Of a stretch of DNA of 64,000 nt, positions 23,957-37,895 are shown piece after piece. A program made the translations under genes and the position numbers. The stretch is from the human T2T-CHM13v2.0 reference genome, Homo sapiens: the NCBI RefSeq assembly GCF_009914755.1, contig NC_060937.1, one strand, 5' to 3'. Numbering within the stretch: the stretch's first letter is position 1; each line of letters opens with the position of its first letter. The notes under the pieces are model-generated. The model had not been told where the DNA came from and ran no database searches. It saw only the letters and a list, made by a program, of their open reading frames with translations.

Positions 23957-26099
23957 GTATACAAATAAGGGAAGTATCTTCAGGATGTGTCTGTGGCTTT
24001 TAATCCATGTGCTTTCTGTTTTGTAAGAACTAATTGTGCTGAAGTCCAGCTCTGTGACACTGAAGGTCACCAGTTCCCTTGCTGGCTTCGACTGAATGAT
24101 TCCCCTGTGAAGTCCCTTGTTTACTGTATTTGTAATTAGCCACCAAGAACTTGAGTAACCGGTTTCCGAGGAGAACATATATCCTGAATCAGTTCCTGGA
24201 CATTTGTTTGAGGTCTTGTAAGGGAAACTGAAGGGAATTGTGTATTGAACAGGATGGCTTAGACCTGCTCAACTTCTGAGAATTGAGGTAAGTGCCTGAC
24301 GTCAGCATGATTTCTGTTTAGCAGAAGTGGGAGTTTTAATGAAACCGATCTTTGAGCTAACGAATTTAAATGACTGAACTAAGGTGTCACTTTCAAAAGT
24401 ATATATTTGAATCCATATGTTTTTTGTGGCTGTGCACATCACTGCTAGAAATTTGCGTTTAACTCGGGTAATATTTGCAGACTGACAGGGGGCAGATGGG
24501 AGCCAGCTGCTAAGTGAGAGAATCCACCTGCTTGCCAGTTGGAGTGTGATAGGAAGCAAACGGCCCTGATAGAGACTCTATTTCTAGGCACACTGACAGA
24601 GCATTCAGCGAAGTGTCACCACACTTTGCTTCATCTAGATCATCAGGGCAAACCTGAAACTCTATCAGGAGAGGGACCAGACTCTTCCAAGAAGATGGAG
24701 GGAACCAGGGACACAGAGCATCCTCCCTACTCAGGTCCCTATTGCTATGGTAAAGGAGGAGAGGAAAGACAGATGAGGTGAGGAGGCTATTCCAGAAACT
24801 GCGTGTGAAATGGGTGGTAAGACATTGCCTTGAGGCATTGCTGAAACAATCAGACTTTCGAGTCTAGTCTGAAGGACATAAGACCAGGGAGACCTTGATA
24901 TGCAGAGATGCTACCCAAGCTTGGAACCCTTCCATAGAGAGTCCCCCAAACTTTGTAGAATGTACCTAGCAAGTCAAAGCCTCCTTTGTGCCAAATATCT
25001 GTGTTCCTGCTCTCTACTTCTCTACTTTCTACTCCACAGCAAAATGTCCAAGAAAATTCGATCTTCCTCTTTGCTCTCCAACCCTATTCCTAGCCTTCAG
25101 TTTTGTTTTGTTTTTTTTTTTTGTTTGTTTGTTTCTGTTTATCAAAGGAGTGGAATGCATCAGGCAAGAAAGTACCTACCTGCTACACCTTATACATTTT
25201 CTTCCTGCTTAGCTCAAACCTGTGAGTGCTGTAGCCAGTGAGGTACATTTCATTAAATGGATGAACCTAGACTTGGGGTATGTGGCAATCAACACACAAT
25301 ACTGAAAAATCTGAGTATGGAACAATCACCTGAGAAAACAGGGTAGGACGGCTTAACCCTTGTGTTCATGCTTGCTCACCCAGGACTTCAAACATCCCTG
25401 TGCCTCACTGGGCAAGCCCATGGCCAGGGCAAAGGATATGGAGAGGTGCCCCAATGGGAATGTATACCCTAGAGTGTTGTGAATGCTGGGTGCTGAGGCA
25501 CCTCAAGGACTGTTTTATCCTAAGCCAGAAGAGGCTCTTTCCTGGAATGCCCAGTAAAGTTCTTCCTTGAGTTTGGTCAAAAACCATGCATTCCAAGCAA
25601 GCTGCACTCTGAAAGTCAAGTGTGGTTTTATTGCACTTACTGATTTCCAGTGTGACTCATTTGTCTCAGCAACTGGACATCTGTGTCCACAAAATGGAGG
25701 GCACCCAGCCAAGTGTGGGGATGTTCTGATGAAGTTTGGAATTTGTGCAACACATTTTTCATGCTCAGCTGAATTATTGGTAGAAAGCAAGATGCTGCCT
25801 AATGAACATCCCAGAAAGCACAGGATCCACTTTCCTGGGATAGTAAGTGACTAAGCATTTTACTCTTGCCTGTTATTATAGCTGAAAAGTTACAGAGATG
25901 ATATTGTATAAGGTGCATTAGCATCTTACCGTTGAATTGCCTTTTTATTTTAACGCTTCCAGAGCCTCTTCGTCTACTTTCTCATTGTGCCTTGACAACT
26001 TTCTTGTGAGCAAGGAAGTCTGGTATTACATAACTTTCAATGGAGAAAAATCACATACAAATGGGTTTAGACTTGCTTTAGGGTCCCATTACTTCAGTT

Positions 26100-26540
26100 G
26101 GTCTGTGTATCAGAGACATCTTGGCAGAAAATTGGGACAAGTTAAGGCTAATAAATGGAATTATTACAAAGTCATGAGCAAGGGGTAGGAAAATCACAGG
26201 AGATAGTGCAAGAGACCAGAGCTGGTAAAGGCAGTTCCTGTTTCCATCCTAGGCCTTGCGGGGGAAAGAAGAGGTAGCAGATACCCAAGGGGCTGTCATA
26301 GAAGTGTGTATTTCAGTTAAGGGGTGCAACCAGCCTAAAGTAACCCTTGTAAAGAACCCAGGGGAATAAATACCCAACCTAACTTTCCTTCATACCCCTT
26401 CTAGCCTGCTGCTTGTGTTCCCCTCCCCTGACGGCTATTCCTATCACCACCACCACTGACCAAACGCAAATGAAAGCCAGAAGGCAAGAAAGCCTATTAA
26501 TGGAGTTCAAAGAATGGAGCCACTGGGGAGCATTTCTAGC
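26100..26540 (-). mobile_element. LTR33-like ERVL LTR relic
   Basis: CCATCCTAGGCC..., GGAATAAATACCC and AAGCCAGAAGGCAAG are reverse complements of LTR33 landmarks; it mirrors the copy at 62205-62605. Confidence 0.55.
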
Positions 26541-26853
26541 TGTAGAGTCAGCCTCAGAAATAGTCAGACCTTCTGGTTGCCATTTCATCTGTCATTCATT
26601 GTTATCACCTGGATAACTAAAGATAGGCACATTATAAAGAATCCACTCCACGTTTGCTGGTGACTAAATTCCCTGGAGTAATCCTGGCAAAGGTGTGTTT
26701 CTGCCTTCAATTCAATGCAGTTCAGAAAGCATGTTTGAGTTCTGTAAAGTGAGCTACATGGTGTTTAAATTCTTATGAAAGATGTGCCAATTAATACGAT
26801 GCTGCATTTTCTTACTATTCCCCAAAATATTTACTATGCCCGATCGCATCCCC

Positions 26854-26997
26854 AACACACAGACACATGCACGCATACACATACACAGGCATATGCATAC
26901 AAATATACACACACAAACATGTAGGCACACAGAAGCATGTGCACATGGGCACAGGCACACAGAGGCACTCACACACATGCACACATGCACATGCATG
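26854..26997. repeat. Degenerate (CA)/(CATG)-rich low-complexity repeat
   Basis: Alternating purine-pyrimidine ACAC/ATGC runs. Confidence 0.85.
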
Positions 26998-27261
26998 AAG
27001 GCTTGGAATGAAGCACAGCTTGTGTTTCTGCCTCAGATGCCACAAAATTAATTTTAGTTGGAAAACTCCTTGACAGACTTCCAGGAAAATACCACTCAGA
27101 ACAGCAGAGCTCCTGTTAACATCTGTCTGCTGTTTTCTCAGAGACATCCAATGCCAATCTTTAAGTTTCTGATTCTCAAAGCTTCCTCTGAAATTAGTCA
27201 CCTTGATGAAGCTCATGATGATATAGAAGCAGCTATTACTAAAAGGAATTGCTACATTTTT

Positions 27262-27710
27262 GGTGGTGGTGGTGGTGGTGAAGAAGTAAATAAGTACATG
27301 GAAGAATAGATAGATGAGTAGATGGATGGTTGGATGGATGGATGGATGGATGGATGGATGCAGGGATAATGGATTGAGGAATGAGTAGAGGGATGATGGA
27401 TAAATGGATGAGTGGAGGGATGATGAACTGATGGATGAGTAGAGGGATGATGGATGAATGGATGGGTGGATGGATGGATATGTGGATAGACGGATGGGTA
27501 GATAAAAGGATGTATGGATGAGTGGAGTGATCGATGGAGGGATGGATTAATGGGTGAATGGATTAGCGGAGGGATGATGGATTGATGAATGAGTAGAGGG
27601 ATGATGGATGGATGGATGGTTGGATGAATGGAGGGATGGATGGATGGATAAGTGGAAAGTATGTATGGATGAGTGAGTGTGGATGGATGGATGAATGGGT
27701 GGATAGATGG
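27262..27710. repeat. (GGT)6 followed by a ~400-bp degenerate (GGAT/TGGA)n array
   Basis: GGT run at about 27262-27280; GGAT/GAAT/GGGATGAT units from about 27310 to 27710. Confidence 0.95.
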
Positions 27711-27733
27711 AGAATTTTAGAAAGAAGTCGATA

Positions 27734-28016
27734 TTTTTTTTCTTGAGACAGAGTCTTGCTTTGTTGCCTAGGCTGGAGTGCAGTGGCACGATCTCGGCTC
27801 ACTGCAACCTCCCCCTCCCGGATTCCTCCTTCCTCAGCCTCCTGAGTAGCTGGGATTACAGGCAGGTGCAACCACACCCAGCTAATTTTTTTATTTTTAA
27901 TAGAGACCTGGTTTCACCATGTTTGTCAGGCTGGTCTCGAACTCCTGACCTCCTGATACACCCTCCTCGGCCTCTCAAAGTGCTGGGATTACAAGTGTGA
28001 GCCATCATACCCAGCC
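27734..28016 (-). mobile_element. AluS-type SINE
   Basis: Poly-T, both arms, small internal deletion near 27820. Confidence 0.95.
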
Positions 28017-28139
28017 AAAGGAAGACAATTCTATAACAATTAATAAGGGGGAAGAATCTACCTAACACTCACCTCATTATTCTTGGTGAAAAGAAGCCTG
28101 AAGCAAAGGCATCTCTGTCTATCACCATTGCATTCAGAG

Positions 28140-28250
28140 AGGGTATATATCACAGGAGTTCAGAACACAGGCTCTAGATTCAGAGTCTTGGATTTGAATC
28201 CTGGACTTAACAACACTTACTAGCTGTGGGACCTAATCTGTGCCTCTGTA
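28140..28250 (+). mobile_element. MIR relic
   Basis: CAGGCTCTAGATTCAGA...GGATTTGAATCCTGG...CACTTACTAGCTGTGGGACC. Confidence 0.7.
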
Positions 28251-28352
28251 ATGCTGTCTCTCTGCAAGGAATTGCTTATCCCACTGCATAGCTGGCTTGA
28301 TCTGCTAGTGATAACAGGAATGCAATGGAAAGGACAATTACCTTAGACCCTG

Positions 28353-28553
28353 CAGGGATGTCCAAGGGAGAGAATACAGTCATTTGTTTTTAGTTTCTGT
28401 TTCTGGTTGGGCCAGTAAAGCCCCTTCCTCATCCCTCTTTTTCACTTATTACTAGTGACAGAAACTAAAAATCATGGCTTCAGACTCTAAAAGCCTAAAC
28501 AAAACAAAACAGAACAACAACAACAACAAAATAAGGCAGGTTGGACAAGCTTG
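28353..28553. mobile_element. MER107-like non-autonomous hAT DNA transposon
   Basis: Imperfect TIRs CAGGGATGTCCAA / TTGGACAAGCTTG; internal inverted pair TTTTAGTTTCTGT / ACAGAAACTAAAA; family name from memory; no clear 8-bp TSD. Confidence 0.65.
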
Positions 28554-28758
28554 CTGGTATTACAGGGATGAAGGTTACCCCATAACACCCAAGACATAGT
28601 TCTCTGAGAAAATTTTAAAAATGAAATCATGCCCAGACACAAATTTCTCAGAAAAAAAATTGATATAGGAATTACAGCCAAATATCCATGACTGGTTTGG
28701 TTAGAGAATAAAATAATCTTTAAAATAATTTTATCACTTATGAATTATATTCATATAT

Positions 28759-28781
28759 TTTATATATATATATATATATAT
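28759..28781. repeat. (TA)n microsatellite
   Basis: About 11 TA units. Confidence 0.95.
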
Positions 28782-28799
28782 GAGGAAGCAAATTGTATT

Positions 28800-29315
28800 T
28801 AGAACTTAGAAGTTAGAAACCCAGCTCAGGCATTGCCTGACCTTGAGCAATTTCCTTAACTTCTCTAAGCCTAATTGCAGGTGGTACAAACTGGTTTTGC
28901 TGTGGCCAAAACTGTCCAGCAGATTTGATTCCTTTGGGCCACAAATTGTTTTAAGCACATGTGAACTATGATTTTAAAGTTGGGAAATTCCACCAAAGCA
29001 TCTCAATTTCTAAGTTTTTGGAAAATTTAAAAAGTCCAGCAACAGTGGACCCATATTCCCACACAGCACCCGTTGGGTGAAGCTGAGTCAGGGCTGCCCC
29101 TTTAGACTGGGCCACGTCTCCATAACCCCTTCCACTTTCTACTGGTTACTGCCTACTTTCTCTTCAGTGTTACCTGCTGGCTCTCAAAGCCCTTGGAGTT
29201 GTAATCGCTGCTCTCATATGTAAAAAGAAAAATAATGTCTGAGCTGGGGTTGTTGTGAAAAATAAATAAAATCAAGTAAGTGAAGGGCCCAACACATGTA
29301 TGACACACCATAGCA
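28800..29315 (+). mobile_element. MIR interrupted by MER102 (hAT-Charlie, about 28878-29205)
   Basis: MIR core TGACCTTGAGCAA.TTCCTTAACTTCTCTAAGCCT resumes as CTCATATGTAAAA...GGGTTGTTGTGAA; the insert carries MER102 landmarks (CAGCAACAGTGGACCCATATTCCCACA...GCTGAG...GGCTGCCCCTTTAGA). Confidence 0.7.
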
Positions 29316-29351
29316 ATGGAATACGAGTCATCTCCTTTCTCTCCCCTGGTC

Positions 29352-29500
29352 ATGTATTCATTCAGCAAATGCTAAGTGTTCACTATATGCCAGATAATGT
29401 GCTAAGTGCTAGAAATGAAAACATACATATGACACGGAGCCTGCCCGTGCAAAAGGTTGCATTCCTGTGAAGGGAGACAGACTTATAAACAAAGTATAAG
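29352..29500 (-). mobile_element. L2 3' relic
   Basis: TATTCATTCAGCAAATG...CACTATATGCCAGA...GTGCTAAGTGCTAG...GGGAGACAGAC. Confidence 0.7.
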
Positions 29501-30344
29501 ACCCATCTGAGCAGGCTACTCCATCTTTCCAACCTGTGATGCTTCCTGGAGGGCATCTAAAAGAGTAAAGAGAATTTGGAGGAGTATGTAAATGATTCCT
29601 TTAAAAATACTGCTCAAGGTAATGAGGCATGCTCTAACCTGGGATAAGGGAGTCTCCTTAGCGGGTTTTCCAAATCTATTCATTTTACCAAATTAGACAC
29701 GTTCTTGTAAATTTCATTTACATTTGATACTAGAATGGGCAATTATAGGTCTTACATGGCAAGATTAGGGCACCTTGAAGGAACACCTGGATCCTACTTC
29801 ACTGACTGCAAAGAGATTAAAATAAAACCTCATCACCCTAGTCAGATGGAGGCAATGAAGAGAAAATGGAATCATAAAAGCCCAGAATATTAATTCCACC
29901 TCAGTCTTCCTTTTAATATCAAGCATCCCTGGATTTGGGTTTGCAGAAATTCACATTGCTGTGTCACATAAGCTAGAATCTCCCAGAGGGGCACAGAGCG
30001 CTGTGGGGCACATACATTATACATCAGCATTACACAATGCATTGTACAGCGTCAGTGCCAAAGTCATAATATGCCCTGTGCTCCACTCCCTCCCCTATTT
30101 CTCTATCCTAAGGCTGACTTTAGCCTACTCATCACCATGGCTATTATTCTTCTTTATTCTTCTCAAAATCTGCGATTTCATCATTTTACCCTTTTCTACA
30201 GGCTTCTGAGATCAGTTTGTTCATTCGTATAGTTGGCCCCAGTAACAAAGCTAAAACTTCTATATTCACCGGATTTCCAGAATGTGAATGTTGGGTCTTA
30301 AACCTTATGGTCAAATAATATATTTTTTTATTTTAAAAAATCAT

Positions 30345-30545
30345 TGCAGTGTAGAAGAAAAAATACATGGCTTTGAGGCCAAAGAGATCCAAGTCCAAAT
30401 CCTTGCTTTCCCAGTTATTAGCTCAGTGACAAAGGACCCAGCCTCTCTGAGCAGTTTTCCCAATTGTTATACAATTTATGGTAAAAATCATGAGTAAATT
30501 GCATGAGATCACCAGAAGTCATAACACATAGCAGGCACTCATCAG
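30345..30545 (+). mobile_element. MIR relic
   Basis: CATGGCTTTGAG...CAAATCCTTGCT...CCTCTCTGAG...ACACATAGCAGGCACTCA. Confidence 0.6.
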
Positions 30546-30729
30546 GATACTTGTCCATCATCACAAAATAAGGTGTGATTATTGGTTTTACATATAGTAG
30601 CTTACCCTCATATGCTGCCTAATGTAAAGGCACTTGGCGAGGCGATTTCACATGTACCCCGATCTTTACAAGAAACTATTTACTATTTGAGAAACCTTTG
30701 CTCAGGGAGATTAAGTAAGTGCTTTGTGT

Positions 30730-30890
30730 GAATTAACCTATTTGATTCTCATGACAGCTTATTATTATCTTTATTTGATAAATGAGAAAACTAAAGCATA
30801 AAGAGTTCAGGCAACTGGCCCCAGGTCATAGTGAGTAAGTGGTGGAAATGACATTCAGTCCCCGTCTGGTTCCAAAAACATGCTCTTAAT
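30730..30890 (-). mobile_element. MIR relic
   Basis: ATTCTCATGACAGC...ATAAATGAGAAAACTAAAGCA...CCCAGGTCATAG...GTAAGTGG. Confidence 0.7.
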
Positions 30891-31020
30891 GAGAAGGTCA
30901 TTAAGAGCATAAGGTCATTCAATAGCAAATTTTGAGAAGAATGAAAACATAACCATGGTGATAAGTAGGCAGAAGTCAGCAAGGGAGAAGATAACCAAGC
31001 CAGGACTACCTCATCCCTAA

Positions 31021-31098
31021 TACACTCACACACATCCCCCCCTCACACACACACACACACATACACTCAGAATACACACATACACACACTGATACACA
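31021..31098. repeat. (CA)n-rich microsatellite
   Basis: Interrupted CA runs. Confidence 0.9.
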
Positions 31099-31800
31099 GA
31101 GTTTCCCCAGTGCTTTAGAATGGGTCTGGTTATGGCTCGACCCAGGAACTGTGAGTCCCGGACCAGGTGAGTCTGGGGACATTATTGTCTAGGACCCTGT
31201 AGAGCACCCCACCGTGACTACCACATTAAACCTCTCTAAGACTTCTGCATAACTGACCCAAATCCTGAAATACGTCTAGAACTGAGCAGACCTCATAGAT
31301 CCCAACCCCTGAAATGGAAGAGCTATGTGCGTATATATATATTTTTATCTCCCTTCTCCCAATATGCTTTATATTCATTCACAGGCATCTTAGGGAAGCA
31401 AATGTTGAAATGGGAAACCCAACCTCATAAATTGTGCTGCAGTTCCACCAAACGGCCGGTCACTCAACACACGTTGATAAGAAAGTCCCATGATGGCACT
31501 GAATGTGCTAGAGTCCCCCTGGAATTTCAGGTGGTGCAGAGCTTGGGGTGGTGCTCCGCCACGGGGGAGAGAAGGGACCCTGTGTGCCACAGAATTCTGA
31601 GGAGCCAGGACATATGGTAGAGGAGAGAGACGCAGCAGGGAAAGAGGACAGAAGTTGAAAACATCTCTCCTCATTGGTAATCACTCATTTCAGCAGCATT
31701 TTAACCCAAGAACGTGATCTCCTGATATAAACAGGGCAGAGCCATCTTTGTCAGGTGATTTAAGGAATAGTGAGAATGTGCACCTGGCCTGTTCCAATAG

Positions 31801-32462
<662 letters not shown>

Positions 32463-33072
32463 TAAGCCTCCTTCTTTTGCAAAAGCACTGCCTTCTTCAT
32501 TGAGAGGATGGTAGTTGGAGGGATTATCATCTACGTCTAATTAAAAGGCAAAACAAGAGTCACAGAAGACATACAGCAATAGAAGACCATGCTTCTGAAA
32601 ATGTCAACAAAAATTCAAAGCTGCAGCCTCAACAAATCCCTCTCCCATCCTCACCATGTCCGGCAGCCTCTTCCCAACTCACTAGTATTGGCCCCTCCAG
32701 GCACCCTTATTTCACATGGTTGAGATCTCTTTTCCAAAGAAAAGCTTCTCACGGGAGAATTCTGCACTCATCCACCCTTGGATAGACATGTCTATACAAC
32801 ATAGCATTTTCGTTATCTGGGAACCCTTTGTCCTCTCTAAGAGGGGACAAAGCCTTGTGATAAGAAAATCAGGGAGACAGGGTGGATATTTTTTTGAGGT
32901 CACATTGTTGCAGCCACAGTTTCCTTAGCCACTACTCTCCCTGTCTGTAGGCTGGTCTTACATGCCTGATGGCTCTAGCATGTTTCTTTGCCATTTGTTT
33001 GGGTGATTACATCAAGCAGGCAGCACTTCTGCAGCTTGGGTGGAAGCGGAGAGGAAGCTGACCCTCCTGGTC

Positions 33073-33117
33073 CATTCTTCCCCTAGCTCTCATTCTTCCC
33101 CTAGCTCTCATTCTTCC
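33073..33117. repeat. 18-bp tandem repeat, 2.5 copies (CATTCTTCCCCTAGCTCT)
   Basis: Two exact copies plus a partial third. Confidence 0.95.
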
Positions 33118-34199
33118 GTGGGAACCAGCAATGCAGAATGATTTGTATAGGGCATATCTGAGGATGTCTTGAGCTACTGTTTTCACTAAAACATTACTGC
33201 AAATTCACTTGCCTGCTTAGCTTCAAGAGTTGAACTGGGATGGTAGGGTAAGTGAGAAGCGGGAGAAGCAAGCTCACTCACACAGGCCTGGCTTGGGAGA
33301 GGTGCCCAGGCATGGAGGGGAGCTGAGCACAGTGGTTTGCATGAGAAGCACAGTAAGAAAGGGGTGCGAGGAGGTAGTAAACTGGCCAGGGCCCTGGGGA
33401 CACCTCTGCCCTAGAATCTAAAGAAAAAATGGTTTAATCCACCTTGGGCAGATTGTGGTTAGTAACCTGAAACCCCTCAACCAATATGTGCCTGCTGAAA
33501 TTCACTGGAGTTTTGATCTGCAGCAACATTCTAAAAATTACTTTAGTTTGTTCATTTTTTATTGTTTTAGGAAATAAGCTATCAAGGCATTCCTTCTTGC
33601 TCTGTAAGCCCAGCGATGTCACCGAGAACAGGAAGTGACACATCATAGTGCCTCCTAACTCACGCTGGAGCAGCTTTCTCTAAAGCCGGCTGTCTTCTGC
33701 CAGCTCGGTGTCTGGGCATGGACACAAGGTCTTGGGGATATGATTAATGATCAGCAGACAATCTGCTCTTCAGGTGACTCTCTGTTCAGCCTGGGAAGGA
33801 GCTGAGGAGAGAGGTGTGAGAGTTGTCCAGGGTGGGGGTTATGAAAGAGGCCAAGGTCCTCCATGGGATTCTGCCCACCTGCCATCTGTTCTCAGAGCCT
33901 AGAGCCCACAGCTGCACCAGTTGCAGTGAGCTGGGTGCTGTTTGAGCTCAGGGATGCGCTGTCTAGGGAGATTTTCATCTGCCCTCCCCACCTTCACTAC
34001 TTACCCTGACTTGCTTTTGTGGACTGGGTAGGGAGGGCGTGCAGAGGCATGGGAGTAAGCAGTGGGGTTAAGCCCTCTCAAGGGAGACTCCTGAGTTCAG
34101 GGAAGCCTGCAGAGGGCTCTGTCTGGAAGCCCAAGCAGCCATAGGAATCTGCCATCCCCTCCTCCACCTCGAGCCTTCTTTAGCAAAGTTCTCAACATC

Positions 34200-34375
34200 C
34201 CTGATGCTCAAACTCTGGTCGGTGGACCACCAGCCTTGAGACCATGAGAGCTTGATGGAAACACAAAAATGCAGGCCCCAACCCAGACCTGCTGAATCAG
34301 AATGTGCATCTTGTAAGATCCCCAAGTGATTCATATGCACTTTGCACACTTTGCATTTGAGAAGCAGCTGCTCTA
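34200..34375. mobile_element. MER5-family (hAT-Charlie) MITE
   Basis: GGACCACCAGC...AAATGCAGGCCCCAACCCAGACCTGCTGAATCAGAAT.TGCAT...AAGATCCCCAAGTGATTCATATGCAC...TTTGAGAAGCA. Confidence 0.85.
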
Positions 34376-34571
34376 AATGATCTTCTGATATAAACGGGGC
34401 AGTCATTATTGCCTCAGGAACTGAAGCAGAAATACAAACCCACCCCCACCCTGCCCCAAATTACCTTTCTCACTAGTATCAGAACATCAGTTAGAGATTC
34501 ACGCTTTTAGATCATCGATCCTCTTCTTTTGTCTAAACAGGTCTATTTTTTATTAAAATTCAAATATTCCC

Positions 34572-34939
<368 letters not shown>

Positions 34940-35964
34940 TTATTGAGCTCATATTAGTTGCCACATATCCGAGATACTTGGGGTAAATGTATTTGGTGTA
35001 AACGAATTACTTTTCCCTGGAGACAAGAAAGCCAAGTGTTAAGAGAACAGCAGACTTCTTTTTGGGGGAAAGGATTATTCAAGGGACAGAAGAGAGGGAA
35101 CATCCAAGACAAACAAGTATGACTTTCCACTCCATCCTGAAGAAACTTGTCTCTCAGAGCTTTCCAAGTTGTGGAGATGATGATTCCATTTCCATTCAAA
35201 ATCATCCTCTGTCATTTCAACTTAACGGGAAAAACCAATGGCATTTTGAAGACAAGATGTCTGGGTGCATGTTTATTTTTAGAAGGAGACAGACCACAGC
35301 ACATTCATTCTGCAAGAAAGAAGCAAGTCCTGGCTCTGCATACTGAATCAGTGAGCAATACCTCAAAAGTGGAAAGATTAAACTCTCCAAAGAATGGGGG
35401 CAGTGGCCTCAGCTTATTTATTTTCTCCCAGGAAACAGCACAGCACTGGGTGTGCCAGAACTGCAGAAGCAGCACCATAATAAACAAACTGTCTTCTCAA
35501 GCCTTCTGACTCTGTTTGGGTACCCATGAATGAATAGTATCTATTTCAATTCCTAAAATGTATGATGCATGATGACTTGTTTGTATTTGCCTTTCATTTT
35601 CACTGTAACTGAATGAGACCATCCTTCAGGTACTAAGGTAGAATCATCTTTGTGACTTAATAATGGTAATAATCACAGAGACCAAGTCATTACTCTCTGC
35701 CAGGTATTGTGACACATGCTTTTGAAGTTGGGAGACAATGCTCCATGGGTCACTCACATTGTTGCAAGTGATTCCAGCAGAGGCATTGACTGTCTTTATT
35801 CTGGATTATTTTTTTCAAAATGTTTGTACACCAAACAGCTTTGTGAGATTGATACAGTGTCTCCCTCCAGAGCTAGGAGTGTATATGCTTACTGTCCAGT
35901 ACAATAAACATAATATCTCACTCTGGAGGAATGGACAGTATGGTTACCACCTGTTACAAAATAT

Positions 35965-36238
35965 TCAGTTTTCCTAAGTTCAGCATTCTTCTGTAACAGA
36001 GCCCATCATGTGGACAGGTATTTCTTGGCCTTTTTGTGTTGCCCTGCGGGAACTGGGACTTGGGGACTAGTACAAGAGAATGCTCATACTCTGGCTTCTG
36101 CTTTTGCTGTGAATAACAAAGTCCTTTGTCTCTGATCCAAGAGTCTCATGCCTTCTGCCAGTGTCCTGTAACTGTGGAAGGCTAACTTATGAGGTTGCAA
36201 GTGGGATTAAAATCTCAGATCCTTCCTACTTCTTGATA
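35965..36238 (+). mobile_element. ERVL LTR 3' portion (MER74/MER73/MER54-like)
   Basis: AAAGTCCTTTGTCTCTGA.CCA.GAGTCTC...TTCTGCCAG...AACTGTGG.AGGCTAACTT...TTGCAAGT...AAAATCTCAGA.CCTTC...TTCTTGA.A; exact family uncertain. Confidence 0.65.
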
Positions 36239-36360
36239 AAAGCAATAACTCATTTTATCCTCTGAAAAACCTTAGGAAAGTACTATCATTTTCACAACGT
36301 GGATTCACAGATGTTATCACTAAACTATATTGACGTGTCCACAGGGGGTCATAGGACTGA

Positions 36361-36757
<397 letters not shown>

Positions 36758-37344
36758 CTGAGGGGGGGTTCTAAGTTAGTGTACTAAATTAGCATCCCTA
36801 ATCCCTTAGTATGACTTAAACATAAAAGGTGGGCTTAAAAAGTAGGATGCTGGAAGGGAACAGAGGGTTACAGAAAGGAGGGATGAAAGAAATACTTTTA
36901 CTTTCTTATTTTTGACTATGGCTGGCCCAGGCAATACCCAATTCTCTTTATCAAGGTGAGCAGAAAGGGTTTCATTAGTCCATAGACAGGGTTCCTTTGT
37001 AGTGTGAACTGAGAAGGGAATTCATCTACCTCTTCCCAGAGGCAGCTCTGTTCTTGGCCATTCCACTGGCATGATGCATGTCATGATGTGTCACTTCATC
37101 TGCAATACCTGGAAGCCACAATTCTCTGAGGTGCTGGCATAAATGGGATCTGCCAGAAGACCTTGACCACTAGGATTTATTATTTGAAATAGGCTAATTG
37201 GTCTAATGCTTTCCTAAAATTCAGTACAGGAACACTTCTGCACAGATGCAGGGAGGCAAGGTAGTAAGGAGCTTAAACATTGATTATATCTCTCACGTCC
37301 AGGCCATAAACACAGTGCCCAAGGTGAATGGGGAGTCAAGCCTA

Positions 37345-37895
37345 CATTTATTTATTCATTCAAAGAACATTTAACTTCTAGAAGTGCTTTGGTATAGAGT
37401 TCAACATGGGATCCAGAGATGACTGAGATTCAGACATTTACCCCACCTAAAACTTTACAATTTAAAAGCAAAAATAAAACAAGTACTCCAATAATAAAAT
37501 ATACCCAACTAGGGAACATATAGTATAAAATTAGATAAACCGTGATCTGTCAGAACTCAGAGCAGGAAGTAATCACATCAGGCTGGGGGCTCAGGACCCG
37601 GTCTTTTTCAGAGAGTGGATAGGGTTTTCAAGGGTAAGGCTGAGGAGGTGAGCCATTTTGTGTTGAGGAGACAATGTCAGCAAGCGATGGGACCTGTTTG
37701 TGGGGAAAGTAAGTAGCCAGAATTGGCCAGAGCATAAAGTACAGGAAGGTTCTTAGTGAGAAACGAGGCTGGAAAGCAGGCTGGGATCAGATGGAGGAAA
37801 ACCATGAATGCCAGATGAAAGATTCATGGCTTTATTCCAGAGGGACCCAAGAATCATTAAAAGTATGTTGCCCGGGGCAGGGAACATCAGCAGAT
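37345..37895 (-). mobile_element. L2 LINE relic
   Basis: ATTTATTATTCATTCAAAGAACATTTA 3' end followed by the GAGGCTGGAAAG...GGGATCAGAT...CATGAATGCCAG pattern. Confidence 0.7.
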
